A stretch of DNA of 7,801 bases, taken from the NCBI GenBank assembly GCA_000004985.1, contig GG739104.1. The stretch is one strand, 5' to 3'. Below the pieces are notes generated by a model. The model worked only from the letters and a program-made list of their open reading frames with translations. It had not been told where the DNA came from and made no database searches. Positions 6,438 through 7,801 of this stretch are shown here, one piece after another. This stretch comes from Naegleria gruberi (Eukaryota). Each line of letters opens with the position of its first letter. Position 1 is the first letter of the stretch. The position numbers and the translations under genes are program-made.

Positions 6438-7801
6438 ATTAAAATTATGAATCAAAAATCAAATGAAATTGGAATACAAGAATCATTACATTATTNTTCT
6501 ATACAAAATTCTAATAATTCTAATAATATAAATGGAAATAATTCTAATAATAATTCTAATATATTACAATTATATTTAACTTTTTATTTTTGTGGACATT
6601 TTTGTCTAGTATTTGAAGAATTAGGAGAAACATTATTAAATTACATACAAAGATATCAACCATATACAATTAAAATGGAAATATTAAAGAAAATAACATT
6701 ACAATTAATAATAGGATTATTAATATTAAAACAAAATAATATAATTCATACAGATTTAAAACCTGAAAATATTTTAATGAAAAAATTAAATTCATCAAAA
6801 TTAAAAATTGCTGATTTTGGAAATGCAATTAATTATTTAGATAAATATCATTTAAATTTAAATATAGGAAGACAATTACAAACTTTATTTTATAGATCAC
6901 CTGAAGTTATATTTGGAAATTCAATAATTGATTTTCAAATGGATATGTGGTCAATTGGATGTATAATTGTTGAATGTTTTATTGGTAATCCTTTATTTAA
7001 TGCAAATAATTTAAATCAATTAATTAATCAAATGTTAAATTTACTTGGTCCTTTACCTTTAAATTTATTTAAAAATAATAATTTAAATAATTTAAATAAT
7101 AGTAATAATTTAAATAATAGTAATAGTAATAGTAGTAATGTAACTAGTAATAATTTAAATAATATAAATAATATAAATAATAATATTTATGAAAATAGTA
7201 ACAAATCAAGTTATTCATTTAGTAAGAAACATTTAAAATTAAGTAAATTAATGAGATTAAGATCAAATGATTATCAATTTGTATCATTTATTACTTCTAT
7301 ATTAGAATATGATCCTAAAAAAAGATTAACACCTGAAAAGGCATTATTTCATCCTTTTTTAAATTCTGTATTTCCATTTTCATTAAATATGATTTACAAT
7401 ATTAATAATAATTTAAATAATAATTTAAATAATAATAATAATTTAAATAATTCTATTGATTCTCAAACTATTATTATTAACAATAATAGACAAGAAGAAG
7501 AAGAGCAACAACAATTAATTTATGATAATAGTTTAATAACATCTCATAATAATAATAGTAATATTGGCAATGTTGGTAATAATATTAATCATGTGAATAT
7601 TACAATGTCATCATTAGCTCCAAAACATTCATTATCATATCAACAACAACAACCATCAATAACGACGACGAATCAAACACAACTGCAGCAGCAACAACAA
7701 CAACAACCCTATCATACAATGTTCTCTTCTTCAACAAGTTCAAGTGATTTGAGTTCTCCAACTCATAACAGACAACAACAACAATATATTCACCTCATCA
7801 A
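6438..7801 (+). CDS. Internal/3' part of a DYRK-like (CMGC group) Ser/Thr protein kinase. It covers catalytic subdomains IV-XI, with Asn-rich insertions and a Q/N/S-rich C-terminal tail. The 5' end is lost in the gap and the 3' end runs off the window.
   Basis: Frame 3 is open from the gap edge to the window end with no stop (checked codon by codon). Motifs in order: IKIMNQ (subdomain IV); HFCLVFEELGETLLNYI (V; cf. DYRK HLCLVFELLSYNLYDLL); IIHTDLKPENIL at 6741-6776 (VIb); KIADFGNA at 6804-6827 (VII); LFYRSPEV at 6885-6908 (VIII; cf. DYRK RFYRSPEV); DMWSIGCIIVE (IX); GNPLF (X); EYDPKKRLTPEKALFHPF at 7305-7358 (XI). Confidence 0.85.
   Translation, partial: MKIMNQKSNEIGIQESLHYXSIQNSNNSNNINGNNSNNNSNILQLYLTFYFCGHFCLVFEELGETLLNYIQRYQPYTIKMEILKKITLQLIIGLLILKQNNIIHTDLKPENILMKKLNSSKLKIADFGNAINYLDKYHLNLNIGRQLQTLFYRSPEVIFGNSIIDFQMDMWSIGCIIVECFIGNPLFNANNLNQLINQMLNLLGPLPLNLFKNNNLNNLNNSNNLNNSNSNSSNVTSNNLNNINNINNNIYENSNKSSYSFSKKHLKLSKLMRLRSNDYQFVSFITSILEYDPKKRLTPEKALFHPFLNSVFPFSLNMIYNINNNLNNNLNNNNNLNNSIDSQTIIINNNRQEEEEQQQLIYDNSLITSHNNNSNIGNVGNNINHVNITMSSLAPKHSLSYQQQQPSITTTNQTQLQQQQQQQPYHTMFSSSTSSSDLSSPTHNRQQQQYIHLI
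6507..6560 (+). repeat. Coding (aattctaataat)-type repeat encoding an NSNN run, inserted between kinase subdomains IV and V.
   Basis: aattctaataattctaataatataaatggaaataattctaataataattctaat read directly. Confidence 0.75.
7074..7184 (+). repeat. Coding Asn-rich low-complexity block built from aataatttaaat / aataatagt units (NNLNNLNNSNNLNNSNSNSSN...). It sits where CMGC kinases carry their insert between subdomains X and XI.
   Basis: Direct reading. The 12-mer aataatttaaat recurs several times. Confidence 0.8.
7401..7451 (+). repeat. Second block of the same aataatttaaat (NNLN) unit, just after the kinase domain.
   Basis: attaataataatttaaataataatttaaataataataataatttaaataat read directly. Confidence 0.8.
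7686..7706 (+). repeat. Poly-Gln tract (cagcag(caa)5, Q7). Shorter (caa)4 tracts lie at 7641-7652 and 7773-7784.
   Basis: Direct reading, in frame with the kinase CDS. Confidence 0.85.

Noticed and set aside
2143-6450. 1435-aa plus-strand ORF in the track.
   Set aside because: Only 2143..3469 is real sequence. The rest is a translation of the 2967-N gap (X residues), so the ORF length is an artefact.
3462-6455. 997-aa minus-strand ORF in the track.
   Set aside because: It consists entirely of Ns translated as X, plus a few flanking bases. It is not a gene.
1-7801. Prokaryotic features (CRISPR arrays, RBS/operon structure, rho-independent terminators, IS elements).
   Set aside because: The sequence is eukaryotic in every respect: Asn/Gln homopolymer-encoding repeats, an A-run leader before ATG, a eukaryotic protein-kinase domain and a probable spliced exon. 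There are no direct-repeat/spacer arrays or transposase ORFs.

Overview
This window is AT-rich eukaryotic nuclear DNA, not prokaryotic. Asn/Gln/Ser low-complexity runs, an A-run directly before the ATG, and ggt/gaa/tta/caa codon bias point to a social-amoeba (dictyostelid-like) genome. I cannot name the species. The non-coding DNA is about 35% GC, which argues against D. discoideum itself.

Content, 5' to 3':
- 3..317 (+): the 3' end of a CDS with a Ser/Gly-repeat tail.
- 318..2142: intergenic or weakly coding. It holds an interrupted small ORF (774-1082), a probable spliced minus-strand exon (~1260-1484) overlapping a plus-strand ORF, a perfect 23-bp palindrome (1964-1986) and an A-rich leader.
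- 2143..3469 (+): a complete 5' end and about 440 codons of a highly divergent Hsp70/actin-fold (ASKHA) ATPase-like protein with a basic, NLS-like N-terminus. It runs into the gap.
- 3470..6436: an assembly gap of 2967 N.
- 6438..7801 (+): an open frame encoding catalytic subdomains IV-XI of a DYRK-like (CMGC) protein kinase. It carries Asn-rich insertions and a poly-Q/poly-N C-terminal tail, and is partial at both ends.

The two very long 'X' ORFs in the track (2143..6450 + and 3462..6455 -) are artefacts of translating the N gap.
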